This document shows positions 47,006-56,772 of a DNA stretch of 64,000 bases, piece after piece. The stretch is from an uncultured Pseudobdellovibrionaceae bacterium (GTDB lineage Bacteria > Bdellovibrionota_B > Oligoflexia > Oligoflexales > Bog-1112). The translations under genes were made by a program, and so were the position numbers. The number at the start of each line of letters is the position of its first letter. The first letter of the stretch is position 1. The stretch covers positions 3,849 to 67,848 of the forward strand of contig CAZWOL010000006.1 in the NCBI GenBank assembly GCA_964635325.1, given 5' to 3'. The notes below the pieces were generated by a model. It saw only the letters and a program-made list of their open reading frames with translations, was not told the DNA's origin and did not search any database.

Positions 47006-48484
47006 ATGCAGCTCGATAAAAAATCGTCTCCGTTGCGCCATTCTCAAGTTCTTCAAAATGGGAATGATACTGGTTTAGATTTGCATATTTTGGAACAGCA
47101 TTGCTCGCGCTTTAAAAAATTTAAAGAAAATGGAATGAGAAATTTCTCGTTCCCAATCAAAGATACTTGTCGTATTGACAATGGTCGCATAGTTCCCTAT
47201 GCAGCATTACAAAATTTTCCTGAAAACTATACGAATGTGATTAGCTTTATCCCTGCTGCAGGATCATCTACACGCTACATTCAACCTATTTATAACTTAA
47301 TAGAATCGACGGACCCCAACGAGCTCCAAACACGTCTTGAAGCAACGCAATGGGTTTTGCCACCTCAGCCTGATCACACCAAAGGAGACTTAGGCCATCT
47401 TATCGGATTAGCAAAAGGCCTTTTTCCTTGTGTATGCGAAGGGCATTCGTTTCTTCGACTTAAATTTCTTGAACAAAGAGCTTTGGGAAACATTCTTAAA
47501 ACAGTCTGCGTAGCGCCCAAAAACCAAAGCGAGATATTTGCCAAACATGCACAGTCTTGGGGATGGAAAAACGACGACCTCCTCGTTTTAGAGCAGGGAA
47601 CACAGCTGTCAACACCCCGCTTGGATGCCAAGGGACATCTCATCCGTGAAGCTAATGAAATCTCTTTGGCACCCGCAGGTCACGGCTCTTTAATGCGCTT
47701 GTTCCCTAAAATCCAAGAACGTTTTCCAGATGCTCAAACACTCTTTATCCGCAATATCGACAATGTGATTGGATGCAAAGAAGACGCTCTAACAGCGAGT
47801 CGACGCTTTCTCGGAGCTCATCACTTTGCCCTCAAGTGTTTGCAAAACATTCGCACAGCATTAGCAAATAAAAATTTGAATGATGCAACTCACGAAGCAC
47901 AACAGATTCTGGAATGTTTTCCTAAACGAGCACTGAGCTCAGAAGAAGACAGATTCGTTGGCAGCCAACCACAGCAAGAACAACCGCTCTGGTCTCTGCT
48001 GCTGAGTCTGTTTCAAACCCCTTTGGGGCTTTGTCTGAAGTCCAACCTTCTTCAACTATTTGAGCGTCCTCTAAACTTTATGGCGCAGGTTCCCAACTCG
48101 GGTCACGATCAGGGAGGAATGCCAGTCCTAATTTCAACTCCACTGGGAGATCAAGCGATCTGTTTGGAGGGGCCACATATTTCTCCTGTGGATCAAGAAC
48201 GGCTTCGAGACCCTAAATTCGCAACGCATTTCAACCCTGTCTTTGCTGCAGTTGAACTGCATGCCAAGCTGGAAAACTACCAACTCGACAATAGTCCATA
48301 TTGGATATTTGCTGAGAAACAATGGCAGGGTCAAAATGTTTATTATCATGAATCTCTGTTGTACGAATTGATCGGCAACAGTGAAAACGCAAACCTAATT
48401 TTCATCGAACTACCCCGAGTGATTTTCAACCCGCATAAAACGCTGGATGATAGCATCGGACGTAGCCTCGAACATTGGATGTGA
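47006..48484 (+). CDS. UGPase-like nucleotidyltransferase-fold protein (DUF4301-like), 492 aa
   Basis: The blocks FIPAAGSSTRY, APAGHGSLM and LFIRNIDNV parallel the remembered UDP-sugar pyrophosphorylase blocks (LNGGLGTSMG, PxGHGD, SNxDNLGA). The family assignment is from memory only. Confidence 0.55.
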   Translation: MQLDKKSSPLRHSQVLQNGNDTGLDLHILEQHCSRFKKFKENGMRNFSFPIKDTCRIDNGRIVPYAALQNFPENYTNVISFIPAAGSSTRYIQPIYNLIESTDPNELQTRLEATQWVLPPQPDHTKGDLGHLIGLAKGLFPCVCEGHSFLRLKFLEQRALGNILKTVCVAPKNQSEIFAKHAQSWGWKNDDLLVLEQGTQLSTPRLDAKGHLIREANEISLAPAGHGSLMRLFPKIQERFPDAQTLFIRNIDNVIGCKEDALTASRRFLGAHHFALKCLQNIRTALANKNLNDATHEAQQILECFPKRALSSEEDRFVGSQPQQEQPLWSLLLSLFQTPLGLCLKSNLLQLFERPLNFMAQVPNSGHDQGGMPVLISTPLGDQAICLEGPHISPVDQERLRDPKFATHFNPVFAAVELHAKLENYQLDNSPYWIFAEKQWQGQNVYYHESLLYELIGNSENANLIFIELPRVIFNPHKTLDDSIGRSLEHWM

Positions 48485-48494
48485 GGCCTTAGCA

Positions 48495-49424
48495 GTGCAA
48501 AAGACCGTTATACTTCTCAACCCTGCAGCTGCAGGTGGACGCTCAGCACTTCGCTTCAAGCGTATTCAAGACAAAATCGACTTTCTCTTTCCGAAAGTTC
48601 CGGTGAGAGTCTCCGAACGTCAGGGTCATATGACCGAACTCGCTCGTCGCTGTGCACACGAAGGCATAGAGCGCATCATTGGCGTTGGTGGTGATGGCAC
48701 CTTCAACCAGATTGTGAATGGGCTCTTTGAACATCAAAAGCCCATCAATCCAGATCTCGTCTTAGGAACACTTCCCATAGGAACTGGAAGTGACTTTATT
48801 CGTAGCTTGGGTATTTCAAGCGCCTTGGGCGAAGCTCTATCGGTTCTGCACAGGGGCAAAGTAGCAAGTGTCGACATAGGTCATGTGCGATTGTGTGGCT
48901 TTGATGGCAAAGAAAAAGAGCACTACTTTCTTAACATACTTTCGTGTGGAATGAGTGCCGACATTGCGTTACGAGTGAGCCAATCTTCTGCATGGGGTGG
49001 GCCGTTTTTTCGCTACCTCCGCAATTCACTCGCAGGAATTCTGAGCTATGACGGCAAAAACACTGAACTCCACTACCACGGAAATGGGACAGATTACAAA
49101 GGCACCTTCACCTTTCTAGTACTCGCCAATGGTCGCTATTTTGGAGGAGGCATGTTCGCAGCTCCACAAGCACAGCTTGATGATGGAAAGCTTCAAGCTG
49201 TGCTTATCAAACATATGTCTAAGCTTGCATTGCTCAGAGCCTTTCCTTCGATTTATAGAGGTACGCATCTAAACCTCCCTGAGACTTTGAGCTGTCAAAA
49301 TGAGAGTGCGGACGTTAGTTCTACGGGACGTGTTAATGTTGAGTCCGATGGGGAATCTATCGGCACGCTACCGATGAAAGTCACCTGTCTACGCAAATCT
49401 CTTAAGGTGATTGTTGGTACCTAG
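48495..49424 (+). CDS. Diacylglycerol-kinase-family lipid kinase (YegS/BmrU-like)
   Basis: Contains VILLNPAAAGG and IIGVGGDGTFNQIVNG, the DAGK catalytic-domain motifs. The GTG at 48495 is preceded by GAGG; the ORF-track start 48447 would overlap the upstream gene. Confidence 0.85.
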   Translation: MQKTVILLNPAAAGGRSALRFKRIQDKIDFLFPKVPVRVSERQGHMTELARRCAHEGIERIIGVGGDGTFNQIVNGLFEHQKPINPDLVLGTLPIGTGSDFIRSLGISSALGEALSVLHRGKVASVDIGHVRLCGFDGKEKEHYFLNILSCGMSADIALRVSQSSAWGGPFFRYLRNSLAGILSYDGKNTELHYHGNGTDYKGTFTFLVLANGRYFGGGMFAAPQAQLDDGKLQAVLIKHMSKLALLRAFPSIYRGTHLNLPETLSCQNESADVSSTGRVNVESDGESIGTLPMKVTCLRKSLKVIVGT

Positions 49425-50507
49425 AAAAACTTTCCACGCCTTTAAATCCAAAGATGCCATTAGCTGAGATGCTAGCTCATCTTTCTTGAGCCATTGTATG
49501 TCTTGAAACAAAGACTCTTTGGCCCATCTTCTCTCCCAAGTAACCACTAAAACTTCTACTGAAATTTTATGCTTCGTGATGGAGTGTCGAAAGCTCCCCA
49601 GTGACTGCCCACACGGCAAAGCAATAGCTTCTCCATCGACACGAAAGCGATTCTGCTGTGCAATTTCAGTAACAAAACCTAAGGAACCACGCAGAAATTT
49701 CGCATTATTAGAGCGCCTACTAAGACCAAAGAGTCGACCCTTTTGCAAAATTTTGATACGCAGTTTTACACTCTCTTGAGCTTCTCGCACCTTAGGTCCC
49801 GGTGCAAGATGGGTGCTTTGACGCTCACGAGCAAGACAAATATTTTGAATTGGACAAATTTCACACGATGGATTCAAAGGTCGACAGATTTTCTGACCAA
49901 GCTCCATCAAAGCTTGGTTATAAGAACCAGGATCAGATGTGCAGACCAGAACATTAGCAAGCTCTTGGAGCTGCTTGCGAAGGATGGGATCATTCACAGG
50001 TCGTTGAATATCAAAAATTCGAGCGAGCACTCTATAAACGTTTCCGTCTAAAACGGCTCGAGATTCATTTAAGGTAATACTACTGATTGCTGCTGCAGTG
50101 TATTCTCCGACACCTGCGATTTTTAACCACTCCTCATAGTTGCGTGGCCATAGAATCTCTCGGCCCTCAGATTTTTCGTACAGCTGTTGCATACCACGAT
50201 GCATATTCGCAAAGCGCCGATAGTAGCCAAGCCCTTGGATCTCACTGCGAATCTCAGTTTCCGAGGCTTGTGCCAACGATTGCAAGTTGGGGAAACGTTG
50301 CACAAATCGAATATACTTAGGAATCACTGCAGCAAGGGTCGTTTGCTGCAACATAATTTCACTCACCCAAACATGATAAGGATCACGCAATGTATCCCAC
50401 AACTCACGCCAGGCATGTGCTGTCTTGTTGCTTTTATACCAAAGCAAAAGAGGATCTCGCAATTCTTGCACTACAAAATGGAGAGATAAGGACGGGGTTG
50501 GCTTCAT
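49389..50507 (-). CDS. mutY: A/G-specific adenine DNA glycosylase (MutY)
   Basis: 372 aa. Contains VSEIMLQQT, the HhH block IAGVGEYTAAAI, the 4Fe-4S loop C-x6-C-x2-C-x5-C (CRPLNPSCEICPIQNIC) and a C-terminal NUDIX-like domain. Confidence 0.9.
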   Translation of the reverse strand: MKPTPSLSLHFVVQELRDPLLLWYKSNKTAHAWRELWDTLRDPYHVWVSEIMLQQTTLAAVIPKYIRFVQRFPNLQSLAQASETEIRSEIQGLGYYRRFANMHRGMQQLYEKSEGREILWPRNYEEWLKIAGVGEYTAAAISSITLNESRAVLDGNVYRVLARIFDIQRPVNDPILRKQLQELANVLVCTSDPGSYNQALMELGQKICRPLNPSCEICPIQNICLARERQSTHLAPGPKVREAQESVKLRIKILQKGRLFGLSRRSNNAKFLRGSLGFVTEIAQQNRFRVDGEAIALPCGQSLGSFRHSITKHKISVEVLVVTWERRWAKESLFQDIQWLKKDELASQLMASLDLKAWKVFLGTNNHLKRFA

Positions 50508-50513
50508 GAAAAT

Positions 50514-50900
50514 TTAGGTACTCGTTTTAGCTCCCGACTTAGTAGAAGCTTTTTTGGCTTTAGGTCGGGCTGACTTGTTTTTATTCGTAGCAACTTTAGC
50601 TTTGCCTGGTGTTTTTTTCTTCAGAGATTTGGTTTTTTTCTTGAAACCTTTTTCAAGCTTATCCACATCGATGCCAGCTTTTTTGGCATTCTTACGAAGC
50701 TCTTCCACAAAATTATGATAGGTTGGTTCCATTTTTTTTAACTTCGCAGCGAGAACTTTCGTCAGCTCAGCTTTGGTCTGTTCGAGATTGGTTTTGAGAT
50801 CCAAGCTTTTGATTTTTTCAAGAAGGTCATTACCCTCTTTCTGGACGCTATCTTGCAATTTGCCGATATCGTTTTGAATGCGCGCAATCAACTTCTTCAT
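50514..50900 (-). CDS. Hypothetical amphipathic-helix protein with a Lys-rich histone-H1-like tail (128 aa)
   Basis: N-terminal about 85 aa are helical and K/E/L-rich. The tail is KKKTKSLKKKTPGKAKVATNKNKSARPKAKKASTKSGAKTST. Confidence 0.6.
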   Translation of the reverse strand: MKKLIARIQNDIGKLQDSVQKEGNDLLEKIKSLDLKTNLEQTKAELTKVLAAKLKKMEPTYHNFVEELRKNAKKAGIDVDKLEKGFKKKTKSLKKKTPGKAKVATNKNKSARPKAKKASTKSGAKTST

Positions 50901-50990
50901 AAAAATCTCTCCATTTTTTGGATTCTTTCATCCTTTTTACGGCTAGCCTATGTTTTGGTCAATGCAATTTTTCTGCAAAAAACAAACTCA

Positions 50991-51848
50991 TCATACAGAA
51001 TAGGAATAAACACCTTGCTTGGTCTTGCGTCCAAGTCGACCAGCATCAACATACTGAATCAGTAACGGACAAGGTCTATACTTTGCATCACCTAGTCCTT
51101 TATGAAGGACTGTCATAATGGCCAAACATGTATCAAGTCCGATAAAATCGGCAAGCTGCAATGGTCCCATAGGTTGGTTGGTACCTAATTTCATACCAAG
51201 GTCAATGTGCTCTGGAGACGCTATTCCCTCCATTAAAACATAAAACGCTTCGTTGATCATGGGCATAAGAATGCGATTGATGATAAAACCTGCATAGTCT
51301 TTGCTACGCACTGCTTCTTTTTCTAGTGACTTAACAAATGCAAGCACACGCTCCGTAAGAGTCTCATGTGTTTGTAGAGCAGGAATCACTTCGACCAAAT
51401 TCATTAGAGGAACTGGATTCATAAAATGAAGGCCGATCGCACGTTCTGGCTTAGCGAGACAGGCCGCCAATTTGGTGATAGAAATTGAAGACGTATTGCT
51501 TGCAATTACACAGTCCTTAGAAACAACACTCTCAATCTGACGTAAGACACGCTCTTTGAGTTCGATTTTCTCATCGACCGCTTCCACAACAAGATCACAA
51601 CTCTTTAGAGCTGAATAGTCTTCTGTGAAATGAATTGCAGCAATCGCATCTTTTTGCTGAGTGCTAATTTTTTCTTTCTCGAGTAACTTTGCCGCAGAGC
51701 GTTGTATGCCTGCCTTGGCGACATCTAACTGTTGTTTTTTGATATCCACCAACACAACACTTGCACCATAAGTTGCACAGACTTGGGCAATACCAGACCC
51801 CATTTGACCTGCACCTACAACTCCGACAGTACCAAACGCTAGTGACAT
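50991..51848 (-). CDS. hbd: 3-hydroxybutyryl-CoA / 3-hydroxyacyl-CoA dehydrogenase
   Basis: 285 aa. Rossmann block VGVVGAGQMGSGIAQV, plus NTSSISIT and HFMNPVPLM. Confidence 0.92.
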   Translation of the reverse strand: MSLAFGTVGVVGAGQMGSGIAQVCATYGASVVLVDIKKQQLDVAKAGIQRSAAKLLEKEKISTQQKDAIAAIHFTEDYSALKSCDLVVEAVDEKIELKERVLRQIESVVSKDCVIASNTSSISITKLAACLAKPERAIGLHFMNPVPLMNLVEVIPALQTHETLTERVLAFVKSLEKEAVRSKDYAGFIINRILMPMINEAFYVLMEGIASPEHIDLGMKLGTNQPMGPLQLADFIGLDTCLAIMTVLHKGLGDAKYRPCPLLIQYVDAGRLGRKTKQGVYSYSV

Positions 51849-51857
51849 TTTTACTCC

Positions 51858-54260
51858 TTACAACTCAGCAAAACTTTGTGGATCACGCTCATGCATCATC
51901 TTGTAAACCAACTCTACGATATCATCCGTACTCGGTTTGGAAAAATAGTCTCCGTCCGATCCGTATGCTGAACGATGAGCTTTTGCAGAAAGCGTCCGAG
52001 GGGCCGCGTCAAGATATTCATACGCTTTTTGGGTCTCTAAAACTTCCTGCATCATGTATGCAGTAGCACCACCAGGGACATCTTCATCAACAAAGAGCAC
52101 CGCATTTGTTTTGCGAATAGAATGCAAAATCGTATGATCAAGGTCAAAAGGAACTAAGGTTTGTACGTCAATGAGTTCGACCGAAATACTGAGTTTTGCA
52201 AGTTCGATAGCAGCAAGCTGCGCCAGAGCCACGCACGCACCGTAGGTCACGATGGTCAGATCTGTTCCTTCTCGCAGAATTTCACAGCACCCTAGAGCTA
52301 CTGTGTAACTCCCCAGGTTATCGGGAACTCTTTCCTTCACACGATAACCATTGAGCACCTCGATCACGAGAGCTGGATCCTGTCCTAAAAGCAAGGTTTG
52401 ATACATGCCAGCAGCTTGCGTGCAATTCCGTGGCACACAGATATGCATCCCTCGCAAAGAGCCCAGCAACATGCCCATCGGTGAACCCGTATGCCAAATG
52501 CCTTCGAGACGGTGACCTTTGGTACGTACAATCACAGGAGCAATCTGCCCACCTGCTGTTCGATAATGGAGAGTTGCGAGATCATCGCTCATCCCTTGCA
52601 ACGCAAAAAGCAAGTAATCCAGATACTGAATATCTACGATCGGTCGCAAACCCCTCATAGCTGCACCAAGCCCCTGACCGAAGATCGTCATCTCACGGAT
52701 ACCCGTATCTGTCACACGGAGTGCTCCATATTGTTTCCACAGACCCTCGAACTCAAGATTGACACCTCCGAGTTGTCCAACATCTTCACCGACAATGAAC
52801 ATGCGAGGATCCTGCGCAAGTTTGATCTCGAAGTATTTTTGTATAATCTGACGCCCATCAAGATGAGCCGATGCTTCGGAGTACTGAGGAGCTAAAGCAG
52901 GCACTTGAAGAGGTGAGTGATGTCGGCTCAGCAGGCAACTACTGTAAGCAGTTGTACAACGTTGTCGGTATGCTTCGAGAAAATTACGCAGAGCATCGGA
53001 ATTTTTATTCTCAATAGAGCGTTGCAAGAGAGTCTTGCGCGCCCATATATCAAGCTGACGCCGCAACACATTCGATGTTGAAAGTTCTGCGTCCAGTTTG
53101 TGTGCAAGCACGTCACCATCTTCAGGCAGTTGGCGTATGCTTTGCAGCAGAGCCTCGCGTTCTTGTAGAATAGCTCCTTGGTAATCATCCCAAGCAAGCT
53201 GACGCTCTCGCTCAACGAATGCAACCGCTTCTTCGTCGATCCTTGCGAGCGTATCTTCGGTTGCAATTTTTTGGCTAAGAATCCAGGCTCGCATCACCTT
53301 GATACCATCGATGGAATCTTCATAGTCCAAACGTTCTTTTGACTTGTAACGTTCATGACTCCCGCTAGTCGAGTGTCCTTGCGGTTGCGTTAGGTGAGTT
53401 ACGTGGACAATACAAGGAGCATGTGTCTCCCGACACTTAGCAATCGCTCGCGAATAGACATCTACCAAGGCTTCATAGTCATGACCAGGAACCGTGTAGA
53501 TATCAAATCCCTTCAATTTTCCTTCGCTTGCAAAACCTTGGAGCACCAAGGACAAGCTGCTTTTGGTCATTTGAAATTCGTTAGGAACAGATATACCGTA
53601 GCCATCATCCCACAGAGACATAGCGAGTGGAATCTGCAGAACCCCAGCAGCGTTGATAGCTTCCCAGAACACACCTTCTGCAGCAGCTGCGTTGCCGATA
53701 GTACCAAAGGCGACCTCATTTCCCTGCACAGAAAACGAAGATGCTCCCTTCCATTGCTGTAAAGCGGACTCTTGACGATAGAGTTTGGAAGCATAAGCAA
53801 GACCAACAAGACGGGCCATCTGCCCTCCGGTTGGAGAAACATCACTCGACACGTTATGCATCGACATTTGCGACAACCAAGCACCACTCTCATCGATATA
53901 GCGTGTTGCAAAGTGGCAATTCATCTGTCGCCCACCCGATGCAGGCTCACGCTCTAGAGAAGGATCTGCATAAAGCTGTGCAAAAAATTGTCGAACAGAA
54001 CAAACCTCCAAAGCCATCATTAGAGTCTGGTCACGGTAATATCCAGAGCGCCAGTCTCCCTTGCGAAAGGCACGTGCCATCGCAAGTTGAGCGATCTCTT
54101 TACCATCTCCAAAAATACCAAACTTAGCTTTTCCTCCGAGCACTTCTTTGCGACCGAGCAAGCTGGTCTCTCGACTCACCACTGCAAGTTTGTAGTCATC
54201 AAGAATTGCTTGTAAAGCTTTGATGTCTCTTTGAATGTTCTCACGACTTGCTTTCGCCAT
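51858..54260 (-). CDS. 2-oxoacid dehydrogenase E1 component, fused alpha/beta subunits
   Basis: About 800 aa. The N-terminal half is E1-alpha/TPP-binding-like (AAAEGVFWEAINAAGVLQIPLAMSLWDDGYGISVP). The C-terminal half is a transketolase-like pyrimidine-binding and C-terminal domain (FIVGEDVGQLGGVNLEF...RVTDTGIRE). The start at MAKASREN (54260) is preferred. Confidence 0.85.
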   Translation of the reverse strand: MAKASRENIQRDIKALQAILDDYKLAVVSRETSLLGRKEVLGGKAKFGIFGDGKEIAQLAMARAFRKGDWRSGYYRDQTLMMALEVCSVRQFFAQLYADPSLEREPASGGRQMNCHFATRYIDESGAWLSQMSMHNVSSDVSPTGGQMARLVGLAYASKLYRQESALQQWKGASSFSVQGNEVAFGTIGNAAAAEGVFWEAINAAGVLQIPLAMSLWDDGYGISVPNEFQMTKSSLSLVLQGFASEGKLKGFDIYTVPGHDYEALVDVYSRAIAKCRETHAPCIVHVTHLTQPQGHSTSGSHERYKSKERLDYEDSIDGIKVMRAWILSQKIATEDTLARIDEEAVAFVERERQLAWDDYQGAILQEREALLQSIRQLPEDGDVLAHKLDAELSTSNVLRRQLDIWARKTLLQRSIENKNSDALRNFLEAYRQRCTTAYSSCLLSRHHSPLQVPALAPQYSEASAHLDGRQIIQKYFEIKLAQDPRMFIVGEDVGQLGGVNLEFEGLWKQYGALRVTDTGIREMTIFGQGLGAAMRGLRPIVDIQYLDYLLFALQGMSDDLATLHYRTAGGQIAPVIVRTKGHRLEGIWHTGSPMGMLLGSLRGMHICVPRNCTQAAGMYQTLLLGQDPALVIEVLNGYRVKERVPDNLGSYTVALGCCEILREGTDLTIVTYGACVALAQLAAIELAKLSISVELIDVQTLVPFDLDHTILHSIRKTNAVLFVDEDVPGGATAYMMQEVLETQKAYEYLDAAPRTLSAKAHRSAYGSDGDYFSKPSTDDIVELVYKMMHERDPQSFAEL

Positions 54261-54290
54261 CACCAACCTCAATTTGTGTCTGAGAATAAA

Positions 54291-56714
54291 CTAGTCACTT
54301 TCCCGCTGAAAGAAAACAACCGTTACACCATCACCACCTTCTTGTGAATCACCAGGGAAGTATTCGATGTCATAGGGACAGTTTTTTGCGAGCTCATTAC
54401 GAATGGTCTGCTTCAAAACCTGGGTGCCATGTCCGTGAATAATTAAGACAGCGTATTCACCTCTCATGACAGCTGCATCCAGAAAACGCCACACTTTCTC
54501 CATCGAATCATCCACAGTCAGACCACGTAGATCCAAACTATTGGTTGCGGATGGAATCACCAATCGCCGCGATTTGGATTCACTGGTTTTCACCATAGGC
54601 TTTTTGCGAGGTGGTTGCAGTTTATATGGTTTAGCAGCTTCACTACGACTCACGATGCGCAGATCTTTTAAGACTACTTTCGATTTTAGAGATCCGACTT
54701 CGACTTCGATTTTTTCCGAAGAAGTTTTTCCTTTGCTTAGGATCTTACCCATCTTTTTAAGACGACTAACATAGACGCTGTCACCTTTTTTTAGATGCTC
54801 AAAAACTGCAGGTTCTCCAGGCTCTTTCTCCTGAATAAGATGATCGTTTCCGAGCTTGCTGATTCCCTTCTTAAGGCTGCCAAGTGTATCATTCAGTTCT
54901 TTGCAACTCTCAGCTTCAACGGGCTCATTCTTTTTCGAATTTTTGAGAGCGACTTCGAGTTTTTCACGAAGAGATTTGAACTCATCTTCATATTGTTGAA
55001 TGACTTTTTCAGCTAGATCGTGTCTACGCTTCTTGAGCAACTCAACTTCGTGTGCCCAACGAGACTTTTCTTCTTCGGCCTTACGAATCTTGGCTTGAGC
55101 CTCTTCAACTTTGCTTTCATATTGAGAAACCTGACTCAGAAGTTTCGCAATTGCAGATTCGAATGTCGAAACCTCTTTGCCACGCAGATCATGTGCACGA
55201 CGTACAATCTGAGTTGGTATTCCAACCTGCTCAGCAACTTCGATACCAAAGCTCAGTCCTGGCAAATCAAAATTCAAAGTATAGGTAGGATGGTACCCAT
55301 CACGATATCCCATGGCTCCACTGCGGAACTTAGGATTATCCATCGCAAGAATTTTCAAACTGTCAAAGTGAGTTGTTGCAATCACCCACGCACCACGTTT
55401 CGCCAAATGCTCGAGTATAGCTTGAGCAAGAGCAGCTCCAGTATGCGGTTCGGTGCCAACGCAAATCTCATCAAGAAAAATAAGATCGTTGGGGCCTGCA
55501 TTTTCTAAAATGGGTTTCAGACCCATCAAATGCCCGGAGAATGTCGACAACTGTGCACTAATATCTTGGGTATCACCCATTTCTATATACATATTGTCGA
55601 AGAGATAAATCTCCGAACCTTCGCCCACCGATGGCATCAGGCCTGCTGCAACCATCATATGAACCATAGCAACCGTTTTCAGCACAACCGTCTTGCCACC
55701 AGCGTTAGGACCAGAAATCACCAGACTGTTCTGTCCTTCCAGCAGTTGAATGTCGTTAGCAACAATGCGCCCACTATCTCCGAGCACTAAGAAAGGGTGC
55801 ACAGCTTCACGTAGATTCATGACCGGATGATCACTGAGGCGAATCGGTGCTGCATCGAGTTTATATGCTAGCTGTGCCTCAGCAAATAGTACGTCCAAGC
55901 TCACAAGTTCTTTGTAGTTGTCACGTATCGCTTCGCTTTCTCTAGCAACGGCTTGGCTCAGCTCACGTAAGATGCGAAAGACTTCTATGCGCTCAGAAAG
56001 TTCGAGTTCTTTAAGGCTTTCATTTTGTGTGCGCACCGAAGTGGGTTCGATAAAAAGAGTTTGCCCACTTGCTGAAGTTGCAACGATGGTACCCGACACA
56101 CGACCTCGACCATCTAACTTGACAGGAACGACGTAACGATCCTCACGCATGGTAAAGAAGTCATCTTGCAAGTACTGAGCAAACTCAGTCTCCCGTGAAA
56201 TATTCGTCAGAGACTCTTCAATGCGCTTGCGCAAATTACGAATTTGCATGCGCAAACGTGCAAGTTCGGGAGTTGCATCATCGCGTACAGCTCCTGCATC
56301 ATCAATCGCGCTTGCGATCGACTTAAGAAGCTCAGGCAGTGGTTGCAATTGCTCTTGCACCTGCCGCAGGGTCGAGCAGACCGCTGAAAATTCTCGGGCA
56401 AAAACAGCTACGCGCTGCGTAGTGTGCAACAAACTCAGGATTACCTTAAACTGTTCCCCTTCGAGCACTTGCCCAATCGAGAGTTGCTTAAGTATGGAAT
56501 AAATGGGACGCAGCTCCCCAATTGCAGGAAGCGTACCTAAGCGAATAAGGGAGAGTAGGGGACCAACGGCATCCCATCGATCCTTGACCTCTTGCTTTTT
56601 GAGGTCGGGACGTAGTTCGAGGACTTGTGATTTACCCTCTTCAGTCTGGCAATAGTCTGCCAAATAATTGAGGAGTATGGACCATTCTAATTTTTCAACT
56701 AACTTTGCGCTCAT
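54291..56714 (-). CDS. mutS2: Endonuclease MutS2 (MutS domain V ATPase plus C-terminal Smr)
   Basis: 807 aa. Walker A ISGPNAGGKT, Walker B region FLDEICVGTEP, and the Smr domain LDLRGLTVDDSMEKVWRFLDAAVMRGEYAVLIIHGHGT. Confidence 0.92.
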   Translation of the reverse strand: MSAKLVEKLEWSILLNYLADYCQTEEGKSQVLELRPDLKKQEVKDRWDAVGPLLSLIRLGTLPAIGELRPIYSILKQLSIGQVLEGEQFKVILSLLHTTQRVAVFAREFSAVCSTLRQVQEQLQPLPELLKSIASAIDDAGAVRDDATPELARLRMQIRNLRKRIEESLTNISRETEFAQYLQDDFFTMREDRYVVPVKLDGRGRVSGTIVATSASGQTLFIEPTSVRTQNESLKELELSERIEVFRILRELSQAVARESEAIRDNYKELVSLDVLFAEAQLAYKLDAAPIRLSDHPVMNLREAVHPFLVLGDSGRIVANDIQLLEGQNSLVISGPNAGGKTVVLKTVAMVHMMVAAGLMPSVGEGSEIYLFDNMYIEMGDTQDISAQLSTFSGHLMGLKPILENAGPNDLIFLDEICVGTEPHTGAALAQAILEHLAKRGAWVIATTHFDSLKILAMDNPKFRSGAMGYRDGYHPTYTLNFDLPGLSFGIEVAEQVGIPTQIVRRAHDLRGKEVSTFESAIAKLLSQVSQYESKVEEAQAKIRKAEEEKSRWAHEVELLKKRRHDLAEKVIQQYEDEFKSLREKLEVALKNSKKNEPVEAESCKELNDTLGSLKKGISKLGNDHLIQEKEPGEPAVFEHLKKGDSVYVSRLKKMGKILSKGKTSSEKIEVEVGSLKSKVVLKDLRIVSRSEAAKPYKLQPPRKKPMVKTSESKSRRLVIPSATNSLDLRGLTVDDSMEKVWRFLDAAVMRGEYAVLIIHGHGTQVLKQTIRNELAKNCPYDIEYFPGDSQEGGDGVTVVFFQRESD

Positions 56715-56772
56715 ATTTTTCTTTTTCTCCTGCGAGAGCTAGAGCTCGAACGCCTGGAGTTCCTGTGCTATT

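Noticed and set aside
55020-55508. 162-aa plus-strand ORF (and neighbouring 60-100-aa ORFs) inside mutS2
   Set aside because: It is antisense to a gene with clear MutS2 motifs along its full length. No independent start signals.
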